In this document: piece after piece, positions 1 to 10,320 of the stretch
Position numbering within the stretch: position 1 is the first letter of the stretch
How the letters are laid out: each line of letters opens with the position of its first letter
Source: an uncultured Acidobacteriota bacterium
GTDB taxonomy: Bacteria > Acidobacteriota > UBA6911
Length of the DNA: 64,000 nt
Assembly: GCA_963827655.1 (NCBI GenBank)
Contig: CAWHCF010000004.1
Coordinates: 64,001 to 128,000 of the forward strand
Direction of reading: 5' to 3'
Notes under the pieces: model-generated
The model's database searches: none
Seen by the model: only the letters and a program-made list of their open reading frames with translations
Told to the model about the DNA's origin: nothing
Position numbers and translations under genes: made by a program

Positions 1-1076
1 TCCGGGACGACCGGAAGCCTGGTATCGGTGGAAGCGTCGGTCAGGGTCACGAATGCCAGGACAAGCGCGGCAACACGCGCCAGCCATGACCGCAGCGGAA
101 CAGGGTTCTGGAAACGCGCTATCATCGAGAGCCGGCGCCGCAACCGGCCACTGGTCTCCAGTATCCCAATCAGTCCCGGCGCGGGCGACTGCGGGACAAA
201 CCCTTCCACCAGCTTGAGGATGGTGTTCCCATAGGCGGGGACCTCTTCCGGCGGAAGCTGCCGAAGAACGTTCGCGTCGCGGACGAGTTCCCGGTCCGAA
301 CGCAGGCGCTTGAAGGCGAACCAGACGATTGGATTGAACCAGTGCAGCGCGAGCAGCCCGGTGACAATCCAGTTCAGCGCGATGTCCAGGCGCCGGACAT
401 GCTCAAGTTCATGCATGAAGATGAAGCGCAGCTCTGCGGCAGTGAAGCGGCTGATCAGTCCTGCCGGAACCAGTAACCTTGGCACGAGAACCCCGAAGAG
501 CGCCGGGCTTTTGACCTCGGCGGTCTCGATGACCCAGAGCGGCTGACGTACGCCGGCTGACTGGCGGCATCGCTGAATCAGCTCGAGCACGGCTGAATCC
601 GTGACAGCTGGAGCCCGGCGCAACCGGTCCGAGAGACGGTAATTGCGCCAGGCGACGCGCGTGACCAGCGCCAGGAAACCGGACAGCCAGACCAACGGAA
701 GGAAAGTGGTCCAGGGTTTCGCCGTCTCTCGAGACTCCACCCACGTGGCACTTGGGAGTATGCGGGCTTCAGGAGACTTTGCGGGCGTGTAGTCCAGGAT
801 TCTATAGACGACCACTTCGGGCCGATTCTGCGTGGCTATTGGCTCAGGCGTCTTGATCCAGTTTCTATTGAAGATGCTGAAGGAGGTCTCAATCGAGACC
901 GGCAGGGCCAGACGCACGAGCACGAGGAGCCACAAGGCGTAGAGGTGTTGCGGGGCTATAACTCTGCGCAGCGCCCACTGTAAGACGAGCACCAACCCGA
1001 TCAGGATTGAGCCTTGCCATGAGGCGCGCGCCAGCCAGAGGCAAAATGTCTCCAGGGCGCCGGCGAAAGCAGCCAC
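1..1076 (-). CDS. BlaR1/MecR1-like M56 family metallopeptidase, runs off the left edge
   Basis: Not in the ORF track because there is no stop in the window. Manual translation from GTG 1076 gives MAAFAGALETFCLWLARASWQGSILIGLVL..LWLLVLVRLALP..FIFMHELEHVRRLDIALNW..LHWFNPIVW..DRELVRD. It has the HExxH motif and lies directly downstream of blaI. Confidence 0.9.
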   Translation of the reverse strand, partial: MAAFAGALETFCLWLARASWQGSILIGLVLVLQWALRRVIAPQHLYALWLLVLVRLALPVSIETSFSIFNRNWIKTPEPIATQNRPEVVVYRILDYTPAKSPEARILPSATWVESRETAKPWTTFLPLVWLSGFLALVTRVAWRNYRLSDRLRRAPAVTDSAVLELIQRCRQSAGVRQPLWVIETAEVKSPALFGVLVPRLLVPAGLISRFTAAELRFIFMHELEHVRRLDIALNWIVTGLLALHWFNPIVWFAFKRLRSDRELVRDANVLRQLPPEEVPAYGNTILKLVEGFVPQSPAPGLIGILETSGRLRRRLSMIARFQNPVPLRSWLARVAALVLAFVTLTDASTDTRLPVVP

Positions 1077-1079
1077 GGG

Positions 1080-1469
1080 CTACCTCCCCTTCTGGTCCAG
1101 AATCCGTTTCAATTCGGCGATCTGCCCCTTGCCGAGGCGCCGCTCTTCGACGAAATGCGCGAGCATCGGTTCAAGGTTGCCGCCGAAGCATCGTTTAAGG
1201 AAGGACTCACTCTCCACCTTTACGCACTCGGCCTCGGAAACGAGCGGGTAGTAGAGATAAAGATTCTTGTACGTCCTGTAACCGAGCGCCCTCTTCTTGA
1301 CCAGGCGGCTCAAGAGAGTCTTCACGGTCTTGGGCTGCCACTCTTCCGACGACAGCGCCTGGATGATGTCGTAGGCCGGCATGGGCTCCGGCCGGCTCCA
1401 GAGCACCTTCATAACCTTCCATTCGGATTCGGCGATCTTCGGTAGTCTGGTCATGCGTGACCTGCTCAC
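1080..1469 (-). CDS. BlaI/MecI/CopY family transcriptional repressor (start possibly 1454)
   Basis: ESEWKVMKVLW..WQPKTVKTLLSRLVKK..YYPLVSE..FGGNLEPMLAHF is the typical penicillinase repressor pattern. Confidence 0.93.
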   Translation of the reverse strand: MSRSRMTRLPKIAESEWKVMKVLWSRPEPMPAYDIIQALSSEEWQPKTVKTLLSRLVKKRALGYRTYKNLYLYYPLVSEAECVKVESESFLKRCFGGNLEPMLAHFVEERRLGKGQIAELKRILDQKGR

Positions 1470-1484
1470 GAATGTTTGCTAAAG

Positions 1485-1500
1485 GATTACATAGGTAATC
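1485..1500. promoter_or_regulatory. Putative BlaI-family operator
   Basis: Perfect inverted repeat GATTAC-ATAG-GTAATC just upstream of the repressor gene, resembling BlaI/CopY boxes. Confidence 0.65.
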
Positions 1501-1596
1501 TATAGACGCAAGAAGAAAGTTCGTGCGAGCGTGGCACCACTCTTCGTGTCTTTGAGTCTTAGCGGTATTTTTTGACAGACACGAAGAAACACTAAT

Positions 1597-2709
1597 CTAG
1601 GTCGAGGGCTTCAGGGACTTGCGCAGGGCCGACGCGACCGCCCTGTTCTGATTCATCGTGCCGTAACTGATCCGGATGTAGCCCGGCAGGTCCCAGTCCT
1701 TGCCGCGCCGCACGTAGACCTTCAGCTCCTGCAGGCGGCTCTCAACCTCCTCGCCGTCGTCGCCGGTGTTAAGGAGGAAGAACGGAGCCTGGCTCGGGAC
1801 GAAATCGGCGTTCATCGCTCGCAGCGTCCGTTCCCAGAACAGCTTCCCGTCTCGCGACAGGGCTCGCGAGCGCTCTACATGTTCGGCATCGTCGAGGGCA
1901 GCGAGGGCGCCAGCGAATCCAACTGCGTTGACGTTGTACATGAAGGTGTTTTCCTTGAGCTTCTTGATCAGGTCCGGATGGGCAATTCCATAGCCGACCC
2001 GCAGCCCGGCCAGGCCGTAGACTTTCGAAAATGTCCGCAGGACCAGGACGTTCGAACGCTCTTTCGGGAGGCCGCTCACGTCCGATTGGGGAGCATAATG
2101 GATGTAGGCTTCGTCGACGACATAGACGGCGTCTTTCGGGATCGCGTCAGCGAAGCTCCGGAGATCCTGAGCTGGAAGGATGGTGCCGGTGGGATTGTTA
2201 GGATTCGAGACCACAACCAGCCGGGTCTTGCTGTTGATCGCCGCGGCCATCGCCTGCAGGTCATGGCGGAACTGTTCATCGAGGGGGACCAGGTGGACCG
2301 GTACTTTGAGTTTCTCCGCGGCCGTCGCGGCGCTGCGGTAGGCTTCTCGCGCCGCGACCATCTCGCCTTCGCGTGCGAATGCTGACGGCAGGTTTCTCAG
2401 GATTTCGCCCGAGCCGCAGCCGAGGACGATCCACTCGGGCTCTACACGGTGAATCTTCGCCAGCTTATCAACCAGGGCCTGGGGCTTCGGGTAGCGGTTT
2501 CCTTGCAGAAGTGCCTCGGTCATCGCCCGGATCGCTCGGGGAGAAGGGCCGAGCGGGTTCTCGTTGAGACCGACCCGGATCGCGTCTTCCGGATATCCCC
2601 AGTCGATCGAGGGCCCGGACTGAGGCCGGGCCCTGGGCAGCCCAACCATCCCGGGAAAAACCGCAGATCGAGCGGTGGCGGCAAGAAAATCGCGGCGTGA
2701 ATTATCCAT
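1597..2709 (-). CDS. Histidinol-phosphate aminotransferase-like PLP enzyme with Tat signal
   Basis: LNENPLGPSP, NPNNPTG, VDEAY and RTFSKVYGLAGLRVGY motifs. Start refined to MDNSRRDFLAATA (twin-arginine). Confidence 0.85.
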   Translation of the reverse strand: MDNSRRDFLAATARSAVFPGMVGLPRARPQSGPSIDWGYPEDAIRVGLNENPLGPSPRAIRAMTEALLQGNRYPKPQALVDKLAKIHRVEPEWIVLGCGSGEILRNLPSAFAREGEMVAAREAYRSAATAAEKLKVPVHLVPLDEQFRHDLQAMAAAINSKTRLVVVSNPNNPTGTILPAQDLRSFADAIPKDAVYVVDEAYIHYAPQSDVSGLPKERSNVLVLRTFSKVYGLAGLRVGYGIAHPDLIKKLKENTFMYNVNAVGFAGALAALDDAEHVERSRALSRDGKLFWERTLRAMNADFVPSQAPFFLLNTGDDGEEVESRLQELKVYVRRGKDWDLPGYIRISYGTMNQNRAVASALRKSLKPST

Positions 2710-3171
2710 AGTGGAGACCTTTCGGGACGCCTGGTCCGAGACCCCAGTAGAATCCAAGTTTCTGTTATTCTCGAAGTGCCTTCGAACCAGCTTCGCATAA
2801 CGACTTCGGCGCAAGTCGAATCTTTGCTCGTCACTCTACTACCCTGGCTTTCGCCGTGTCAACGAATCAGCCATCTCCCGGCCACTCTTAGCATTGCAGT
2901 TCGCCGGAACAGACCACAACCACCAGGACACGAAGACGCCAAGAAACACCAAGAACCCTTGGATCGCGGCTGCTCTGTTCAGATCCGCTCAAAAATACTA
3001 GAATAAGAAAACTTCAGCGTCCTTGCGTGGTTGGTCATTGCGCGAGGACGGGCAATACGGAGAGCGACGCGGTCGTTCGGGTGAGTTCCTTTAGTTGCGC
3101 GCTCGGCATAGGATTGTCGCTACGCCGGGCGGCTTCATCCCCTCGAGTCTAACGGCGAAAGGTCGTCATCT

Positions 3172-4017
3172 ATGCGCTGGCAATTAGGCAGGCAAAGCAC
3201 GAACATCGAAGATCGACGCGGGATGGGCATGGCCCCGCGCGCGGGCGGCATCGGGTGCCTCGGGCTCGTCGTGGTCCTGGTCCTTTCCTACCTTACGGGG
3301 CAGAATCCTTTAGAACTATTGCAGCAGGTCGACACCGCGCCGGTCACGACCAATGTACCCGAGTCGGTGCCTTCGGGTTACGACGCCGAACGTGATTTCG
3401 TCGCCAGGGTGCTGGGAGACACCGAGGATACCTGGGGGCAGATCTTTGCGGCTAACGGCCGCCAGTACCAACCACCAAAACTGGTGCTTTTCACGGATGC
3501 CGTGCGCTCGGCCTGCGGATTCAACTCGGCCGCGGTGGGCCCTTTCTACTGCCCGCCGGATCAGAGGGTCTATCTCGACTTATCGTTCTTTCGCGAGCTT
3601 GACCGCCGGTTCGGTGCTCCAGGCGATTTCGCTCAGGCCTACGTCATCGCCCACGAGGTGGGACACCACGTGCAGAATCTGTTGGGCACATCCGAGCAGG
3701 TCCATCAAATGCGTTCGCGCATGGGCGAGGCCGAAGCCAACGCCCTCTCGGTGCGCCAGGAACTCCAGGCGGATTGCTTCGCCGGCGTCTGGAGTCATCA
3801 TGCGCAGCAGCAGCGAAATCTGCTGGAAGCGGGCGACGTCGAAGAAGGAATGCGCGCGGCGCAGGCGATTGGCGACGACATGCTGCAGAAGCGGGCGCAA
3901 GGATACATCAATCCGGAGTCCTTCACCCACGGGACCGCCGAACAAAGAGCTCGCTGGCTGAAGCGCGGGCTTCAGACGGGCCGGATTGATCAGTGCGATA
4001 CATTTCGCGAAAATTGA
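3172..4017 (+). CDS. YpfJ-like neutral zinc metallopeptidase
   Basis: STNIEDRRG, GPFYCPPD, AQAYVIAHEVGHHVQNLLG, ELQADCFAG, SFTHGT. Confidence 0.92.
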   Translation: MRWQLGRQSTNIEDRRGMGMAPRAGGIGCLGLVVVLVLSYLTGQNPLELLQQVDTAPVTTNVPESVPSGYDAERDFVARVLGDTEDTWGQIFAANGRQYQPPKLVLFTDAVRSACGFNSAAVGPFYCPPDQRVYLDLSFFRELDRRFGAPGDFAQAYVIAHEVGHHVQNLLGTSEQVHQMRSRMGEAEANALSVRQELQADCFAGVWSHHAQQQRNLLEAGDVEEGMRAAQAIGDDMLQKRAQGYINPESFTHGTAEQRARWLKRGLQTGRIDQCDTFREN

Positions 4018-4099
4018 TTCCGATTGGTGAAGCCAGGCCCGAACCGGTGATCAACCTGTCGATCGATCAGACGCCGGATCTCTCGCGGTTCAATAACTC

Positions 4100-5691
4100 T
4101 TGTTCAGGGTGGAAAGCATGTGGAGGAAATGGTGGTTCTGGGTTTTGACGCTCCTGTTCTTGCTCGTTGTGGGACTTGCCGTCACGGCATTCATCCTTTC
4201 GCGCCGGATTGAGCCGTACGTACGCGAGCAGACCGAACGTTATCTGCGGGAGCGTTTTGAGGCTGATGTTGAAATTGGCCGGTTGGATGCGTCGTTGCCG
4301 ATGAGTTCCTCGACCAAAGTCATTCTGACCCGTGGAAAGGGCGCCGTGGTGCGCGCGTCGGGTCATGATATTACGGTGTGGCTGAGAGGCCGGCGCGATT
4401 TGCCGCCTCTTCTCAAAATGGGCAAGGTCGAGTTTGAGCTCGATCTCTTGACGCTCTGGAATGAGCCGGTCGACGTCCGCCGGGTGAAACTTGAGCAATT
4501 CGTCCTGACTATTCCGCCTAAGGGCGAGCGGTCCTCGATGCCCGATGTGAAATTCGAATCGGGCGGCGTCAAAGTAATTATCCGGGAGGTCATCGCCGAT
4601 GGCTCCCGGCTGACGTTGCTTTCGAAGCGACCGGACAAGGCGCCGCTGGTTTTCGACCTGCATCAACTCCGGTTGTTCGGCGCCGGCCCGGGCCAGGCCA
4701 TGAGATATGACGCGAAGCTGACCAACGCCAAGCCGCCGGGCATCATCGACAGCAACGGCACGTTCGGCCCCTGGGTTGCTACCGAACCGTCGGCCACGCC
4801 TCTTGCGGGCGACTATAAGTTTGAGAAAGCGGATCTGGGCGTGTTCAAGGGAATTGCCGGAATTCTGTCGTCGCAGGGTCGTTTTGAAGGGATTCTTCAG
4901 CAGGTCACGTCGATGGCACGACCGACACGCCGGATTTTCGATTGACGATGAGCGGCAACCGCGTTCCACTCAAGACGAAATTCCACGCCATTGTCGATGC
5001 CACCAACGGCAATACTTTCCTCCAACCGGTCGAAGCTCAGCTCAAGCGCACGACGTTCGAGTGCCGCGGCGGAGTTGCGCGGAACCGTGACGAAATCGGC
5101 AAGACGGTGGAGTTCGACGTTAACCTGAAACGCGGAATGATCGAGGACCTGATGCTTCTGGCGATGAAGGGCCCCAAGCCAGTCCTGCGAGGCGGGATCA
5201 AGCTCAAGATGAAGCTGAAGCTCCCGCCGGGGCGGGCGGAGATTTCCGATCGCCTTCAATTCAGCGGCCAGTTCGAGTTGATCGGTGCTCACTTCACCAG
5301 CACGACGGTTCAGGATCAAATCGATACACTCAGCCGGAAGGGAAAGGGGCGGCCACAGGACCAGGCGATTGACGAGGTGCCCTCGGATCTCGCCGGTGAG
5401 TTCATCATGGAGCAGGGGAAAATCCGGTTTTCGAAGCTGCGCTTCATCGTTCCCGGGGCCGCCGTGGAACTGGCGGGCCACTATCTCTTCGACTCGGAGG
5501 AACTGGACTTTCGCGGCAAGCTGCGGCTTCAGGCCCGTGTTTCCGAAACGATGACCGGCTGGAAGCGATGGGTGTTGAAGCCGGTAGATCCCTACTTCGC
5601 CAAGGAAGGCGCGGGGACGGTATTGAAGATTGCGGTGACAGGCACACGGTCAAATCCCAAGTTCGGGCTCGATCGCGGCCAGGGCAACTGA
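4100..5691 (+). CDS. AsmA-like C-terminal domain membrane protein, split by a single-base frameshift near 4908
   Basis: ORFs 4100-4945 and 4942-5691 join if the frame shifts at caggtcacgtcgat (..QQV/VDGTTDTPDFRLTMSGN..). N-terminal TM helix; C-terminus ..LKIAVTGTRSNPKFGLD. Confidence 0.75.
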
Positions 5692-5803
5692 CCTCCTTAG
5701 TGTTTCTTCGTGTCTTCGTGTCCTAGTGGTATTTGTTTGGCGAAACGCCTATAGTACGAAACATTCACGCCGACTGGTGCGATCGGCAGCCCGGGGGTGT
5801 CTC

Positions 5804-6661
5804 ATGACAATTACACGGCGATCTGCAATCAAGAATATGGCGGCCTCGGTGGGGGGGCTTGCGGCATCCCTGACATTGGGTCGCCGGGCCCGCGCCGCTG
5901 GGAAGGCCACGGCATTCGCCCTGATCGGCGACCGCTACCACAACAGCGACTACCTCCGGACCGGACTGGGGAAGACTCTGGGCAAAGACCACGGGTTGTC
6001 GATTGACTTCTGCGACGAGGTCAAGATGCTTACCGCGGAGCACCTGCAGGGCTACAGGCTGCTCATCATTCTCCGCGACGGCATGACCTGGCCCAACGGT
6101 TATTCAGACGAAAACTCCAACGCCGGATACGTGCGGTCCGGATCTCCCCGGATCGTCAGCGAGCCGCCGGTTCCGAAGCCGGAAGGCAAGGCGCATTACT
6201 GGATCACGGCCGACCAGGGCAAGGCGGTGAAACAGTTTGTCCAGAGTGGCGGGAGCGCGCTGTTCTTTCACAACACGACCTACATCAGCCCGCACAATGA
6301 AGACTTCCGCGAAGTGCTGGGCGCGGTCACGGAAGGCCACCCGCCGATCCGTCCTTTCAAGGTGAAAATCGTCAACAAGGAGCACCCCATCACGCGCGGT
6401 GCGAACGACTTTGTCGTGACGGACGAGCAGCACTACATGAAGTATGAAAAAGACCCGAAGTTTCTTCTGATGCAAAGCGTCAATGAGGATGGTCTCGCCT
6501 TCAAAGAACTGGGAGCTACGGCGGCGGCCGGATGGGCCTACGATTTCGGCAAAGGGCGAGTCTGCTACCTGGGGCCAGGCCACTTGCTGATGGCGCTGTG
6601 GAATCCGGAATACGAAAAGATCCAGCGGAACGCCGCGCGCTGGCTGTTGCGAGAGACTTAG
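5804..6661 (+). CDS. ThuA-like (class I glutamine amidotransferase-like) protein with Tat signal
   Basis: MTITRRSAIK signal; GDRYHN, HPITRG..DEQH, GKGRVCYLGPGH motifs. Confidence 0.8.
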   Translation: MTITRRSAIKNMAASVGGLAASLTLGRRARAAGKATAFALIGDRYHNSDYLRTGLGKTLGKDHGLSIDFCDEVKMLTAEHLQGYRLLIILRDGMTWPNGYSDENSNAGYVRSGSPRIVSEPPVPKPEGKAHYWITADQGKAVKQFVQSGGSALFFHNTTYISPHNEDFREVLGAVTEGHPPIRPFKVKIVNKEHPITRGANDFVVTDEQHYMKYEKDPKFLLMQSVNEDGLAFKELGATAAAGWAYDFGKGRVCYLGPGHLLMALWNPEYEKIQRNAARWLLRET

Positions 6662-6786
6662 CTTCGAGTCTTCGTGCCTTGGTGGTTGATTTTTGTGTGC
6701 GAAGTCTGGATGGCTTGCGCGGCGGCAACCAGTTGCGCTAATCTACCGCCGCGAATCACCTGCCTATCATGAGAAAGGACAATCCA

Positions 6787-7866
6787 ATGATGAAACGCTG
6801 CTCAATCGTTTTCCTTTGTCTTGCGTTCGCTGTTGGAGCCGCTGCGGCCGCCGAGGTCACGGCAGGGCTGAAATCCGGCTCCCCGGACTTGAAGTCGGCT
6901 GGCCCCTTGGCCTTTGCCCCTGACGGGGTTCTGCTTGTCGGTGATCCTGTAGGAGCCGCCATCTTTGCGATCGACACGGGTGACCGAACCCGACCGGGCA
7001 CGATCGCCGCGGTTAACATTGACGGAATCGGCGACAAGCTTGCCGGTATGCTCGGCACCACGGCTCAGGAACTCCTGATCAACGACATGGCCGTCAACCC
7101 TGCCTCGGGGAAGGTCTACCTGTCCGTGTCGCGTGGCAAGGGTCCCGCGGCGCTTCCGGTTCTGGCACGCGTCGAACAGGGGGGCAAGATTGAGATTCTG
7201 CCGCTGGAGAACGTCAAGTTCGCCAAGGCTGGACTTCCCAATCCGCCGACGGCTGAGCGGCAGCGAATGGAATCGATTACCGATCTGGCCTATGTGGACA
7301 ACCGGGTCTTCGTGGCCGGGCTTTCGAATGAGGAATTCGCTTCGCGCTTGCGCGCCATTCCATTCCCCTTCAAGGACGCTGACGCGGGGACCAGCATCGA
7401 GATCTTTCACGGAGCGCACGGTCAGCTCGAGACCCGATCGCCGATCCGGACCTTCGCCAGCTACAAGATCCGGCAGGAGCCTTACCTGCTGGCCGCCTAC
7501 ACCTGCACGCCGCTGGTCAAGCTGCCCCTTGCCGACCTGCGGCCCGGCGTGCACGTCAAAGGGACCACCGTCGCCGAGCTGGGCAATCGCAACCGGCCGC
7601 TCGACATGGTGGTCTTCAAGAAAGACGGCAAGGACTACATCCTGATGGCCAACAGTTCCCGCGGGGTAATGAAGATCACGACCGACAACATCGACAAGAT
7701 CGATGCGATCACCGCCCGAGTGGCCACCACCGCCGGACTGACATACGAAACCGTCGAGAGTCTCAAGGGAGTGCAGCAGCTCGATCGGCTGGACGACAGC
7801 CGGGCCCTGATCCTGATCCAGGCCGAATCGGGCTCGTTGAACCTTCAGACCATTCCGCTGCCGTAG
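6787..7866 (+). CDS. Secreted hypothetical protein, possibly beta-propeller
   Basis: Sec signal, long ORF with strong codon bias, AAYTCTPLV and ELGNRNRPLDM blocks. Confidence 0.75.
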   Translation: MMKRCSIVFLCLAFAVGAAAAAEVTAGLKSGSPDLKSAGPLAFAPDGVLLVGDPVGAAIFAIDTGDRTRPGTIAAVNIDGIGDKLAGMLGTTAQELLINDMAVNPASGKVYLSVSRGKGPAALPVLARVEQGGKIEILPLENVKFAKAGLPNPPTAERQRMESITDLAYVDNRVFVAGLSNEEFASRLRAIPFPFKDADAGTSIEIFHGAHGQLETRSPIRTFASYKIRQEPYLLAAYTCTPLVKLPLADLRPGVHVKGTTVAELGNRNRPLDMVVFKKDGKDYILMANSSRGVMKITTDNIDKIDAITARVATTAGLTYETVESLKGVQQLDRLDDSRALILIQAESGSLNLQTIPLP

Positions 7867-7873
7867 GAACTGC

Positions 7874-8983
7874 GTGCTTCGACTTCTGCTGCTGACCGCT
7901 TTCACAGTCGGTTCCGGCGAGGGAAGCGCGGCACTGCGGTTTGATCCTGCCGGCCCGGCCTTCGAGGTTACCGGCCTCGCCCGGTCAGAATTGGTGGGCC
8001 TCGAAGATCTGAAGTCGGAAGCGTGGGCCGAGGTTTTCGCGGTCTATGTGGCCGGGGCGTCGCGAGAGGGCGGGAATCGGCCCCCGGTGCTGGGCTCTTA
8101 TCGAATTATCGATGGCGGAATCCGCTTTGAGCCTCGCTTCCCTCCGGAACCCGGGGTGCGCTACCGTGCGGTGTTCCGCCCGCGCGACGGCGGCGGTGCG
8201 CCGATCGAGCAGGAATTCCTTCTGCCCAAGCCCGCCGCGGTACCTGCGCGCGTCGAGCGGCTATACCCGTCGGCGGCGCAACTACCCGAGAATCTGCTGA
8301 AGCTCTATCTCTACTTTTCCGCGCCCATGAGGCGGGGAGAAGCCTACCGCCGCGTTCGCTTGTTCGCGGCCGGCGCCGGTCGTGAAATCGAACTGCCGTT
8401 TCTCGAACTTGATGAGGAGTTGTGGGATCGGGAAGGGAAGCGGCTTACCCTCCTGTTTGATCCGGGCAGGATCAAACGAGGGCTCCGCCCGCGCGAGGAG
8501 GAAGGGCCCGTGCTCGAGGAAGGAAAGCGGTACGCCCTCATCGTCGATCGGCACTGGCTGGATGCGTCGGGGAATCCATTGAGCGAGGAGTACCGGAAGG
8601 AGTTCGCGGTCGGGCCGCCTGATGAAACCCAGCCCGACCCGAAGCAATGGAAGATCCAACGGCCTGCCGCCGGTACCCGGAATCGGCTGGTCGTGACCCT
8701 TCCCGAGCCCCTCGACTACGCGATGCTCCAACGCGTGATTGATGTGACTGGCGCCAACGACGCTCGAATCGACGGACGTGTTGCGATCGAGGCGGAAGAA
8801 AGGCGCTGGACTTTCACGCCGGAACGCCCATGGCCTGCCGGAGAGCATCGGCTGGTAGTGGAAACGACGCTGGAGGACCTGGCGGGAAACAGCATTGAGC
8901 GGCCCTTCGAAGTCGATCTCTTCCGGTCGGTCGAGCGGACCAGCGAAGTAATGAAGGTCCGGATCCCTTTCGTCATTCGATAG
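7874..8983 (+). CDS. Secreted hypothetical protein with Ig-like (Big_5-like) repeats
   Basis: PENLLKLYLYFSAPM, LTLLFDPGRIKRGL, LDASGNPL, LEDLAGN. Starts 7 bp after the previous gene. Confidence 0.7.
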   Translation: MLRLLLLTAFTVGSGEGSAALRFDPAGPAFEVTGLARSELVGLEDLKSEAWAEVFAVYVAGASREGGNRPPVLGSYRIIDGGIRFEPRFPPEPGVRYRAVFRPRDGGGAPIEQEFLLPKPAAVPARVERLYPSAAQLPENLLKLYLYFSAPMRRGEAYRRVRLFAAGAGREIELPFLELDEELWDREGKRLTLLFDPGRIKRGLRPREEEGPVLEEGKRYALIVDRHWLDASGNPLSEEYRKEFAVGPPDETQPDPKQWKIQRPAAGTRNRLVVTLPEPLDYAMLQRVIDVTGANDARIDGRVAIEAEERRWTFTPERPWPAGEHRLVVETTLEDLAGNSIERPFEVDLFRSVERTSEVMKVRIPFVIR

Positions 8984-9955
8984 TCAGCGTTTGTCACGGG
9001 ACTTCGGCGTCCCGGCGTCTTGAGGTGAGCGCGTGGCGAGAAGCGCCTCGAGAGCCCAGGCGGTGGTCGAGACGCGCTGAGCGTAGCTTTCGGCGCGGGG
9101 CGGGCGCGTCGTCTCGGGCCAGCTTCCGTCCGCCAGCTGAGTCGAGGCCAGGTAGGCGCGGCCCCGTCTTACCCATCCGGCCGCCGTTTCGAGGGACGCG
9201 ACCGCGAGCAATGCGATCGCGGTATCGAAGGGTTCCGAAGCCGACTTGAGATAAGGTCCCCAGCCGCCGTCGGGATTCTGTCCCTGGCTGAGGATCTCGA
9301 GGCAGCGGCGGGACTGCTCGCGAGCCGGAGCATCGGCACTTCCTTCCAGACCCAGGAGAACAGCGGCTGCTTCCGGGACCGTCGCGACCGCCGTCTTTCT
9401 CAGCCAGCGATCGGCCGCTGCAATCGCGGTCGCGGCCGCATCGTCGCCGGCCGCTGCGAGCGAGAGCCGTGCCATCGCGGTGGCGAGAGCCGTGCCGTAG
9501 GTCACGGGTGAGCCGATGCTTCCTTGATCGATCTGCCAGGAGCCATCGGACTTCTGAAATTCCGTCACCAGGCGTGCCGCTTCAACGAGCGGTTCCCGGT
9601 CGTTGAGGCTGCCGGCTTGAGCAGCGCCCCGAAGCGCCGCGGCAAACTGGATCCGCGCCAGGGCCTTGTCGCTGAATCCCGGCTCCCCTTTGTTATCATC
9701 CCAGCGCCGCGGGGTCCGCAGCCACCGGATGGTGCTCTCGGTCGCAGCCGCCGGAATCTCGAGCGAATGCCGCAAGGCCGCAAACAGCGCCCGCGCGCCG
9801 TCGCCGTTATTGTGGCATGAGTAGCAGCCGTGCTCGTTCGACCAGCGGGGAACCTCGCGCGCCAGATAGGCGGCGGCCCGGTCCTCGGATGTCTCCTGTG
9901 CTGCGGCTGGAGCCGATAGCGCAAGGAGAAAGACTACTCCGCACAAAACTCGCAT
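8984..9955 (-). CDS. Exported prenyltransferase/squalene-oxidase repeat (alpha-alpha barrel) protein
   Basis: Signal peptide, CYSCH motif, QW-like repeats QKSDGSW, QNPDGGW, QLADGSW. Confidence 0.75.
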   Translation of the reverse strand: MRVLCGVVFLLALSAPAAAQETSEDRAAAYLAREVPRWSNEHGCYSCHNNGDGARALFAALRHSLEIPAAATESTIRWLRTPRRWDDNKGEPGFSDKALARIQFAAALRGAAQAGSLNDREPLVEAARLVTEFQKSDGSWQIDQGSIGSPVTYGTALATAMARLSLAAAGDDAAATAIAAADRWLRKTAVATVPEAAAVLLGLEGSADAPAREQSRRCLEILSQGQNPDGGWGPYLKSASEPFDTAIALLAVASLETAAGWVRRGRAYLASTQLADGSWPETTRPPRAESYAQRVSTTAWALEALLATRSPQDAGTPKSRDKR

Positions 9956-10016
9956 GCTTATATTATAGCCGCAAGGGAACTACCAACCGGTTCGGAAGAC
10001 CGAATTTCAAGTAGCG

Positions 10017-10088
10017 GATCACGAGCGCGTGCACGACCACGTCAACGTCCACGTTGACGTGCACGTGATCGTGGACGTGGTCGTGATC
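10017..10088. repeat. Quasi-palindromic hexamer-period repeat (CACGTN/GACGTG units)
   Basis: gatcacgagcgcgtgcacgaccacgtcaacgtccacgttgacgtgcacgtgatcgtggacgtggtcgtgatc. Confidence 0.85.
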
Positions 10089-10320
10089 GGCTTTTTCCGC
10101 ACGGCCCGAGTTACGTATTGTCGCCCTTTGGGTCTTTCCCCCTTTTCGTTCGCCGCCACTGCGAGCACTGTCGTAATGGAGATAGCCTCTTTCCGCGGCT
10201 TGACTCCAATGATCGTCTGATGTTAACTCTCTTTCAACTACTCGGGTCACGTATAGTGATGGACCAACCGCCCGCAAGCCGATCCGAACTCACCCTAACT
10301 CACGTCTGATGAGGTAAAAA

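Noticed and set aside
6802-7905. Long antisense ORFs (also 10393-11655, 13994-14932, 32318-33421, 49406-50377, 60103-60981)
   Set aside because: Shadows of GC-rich genes on the opposite strand, with no recognisable motifs.
9963-10277. His-rich small ORFs (DHDHVHDHVHV)
   Set aside because: Translation artefact of the hexamer palindrome, appearing on both strands.
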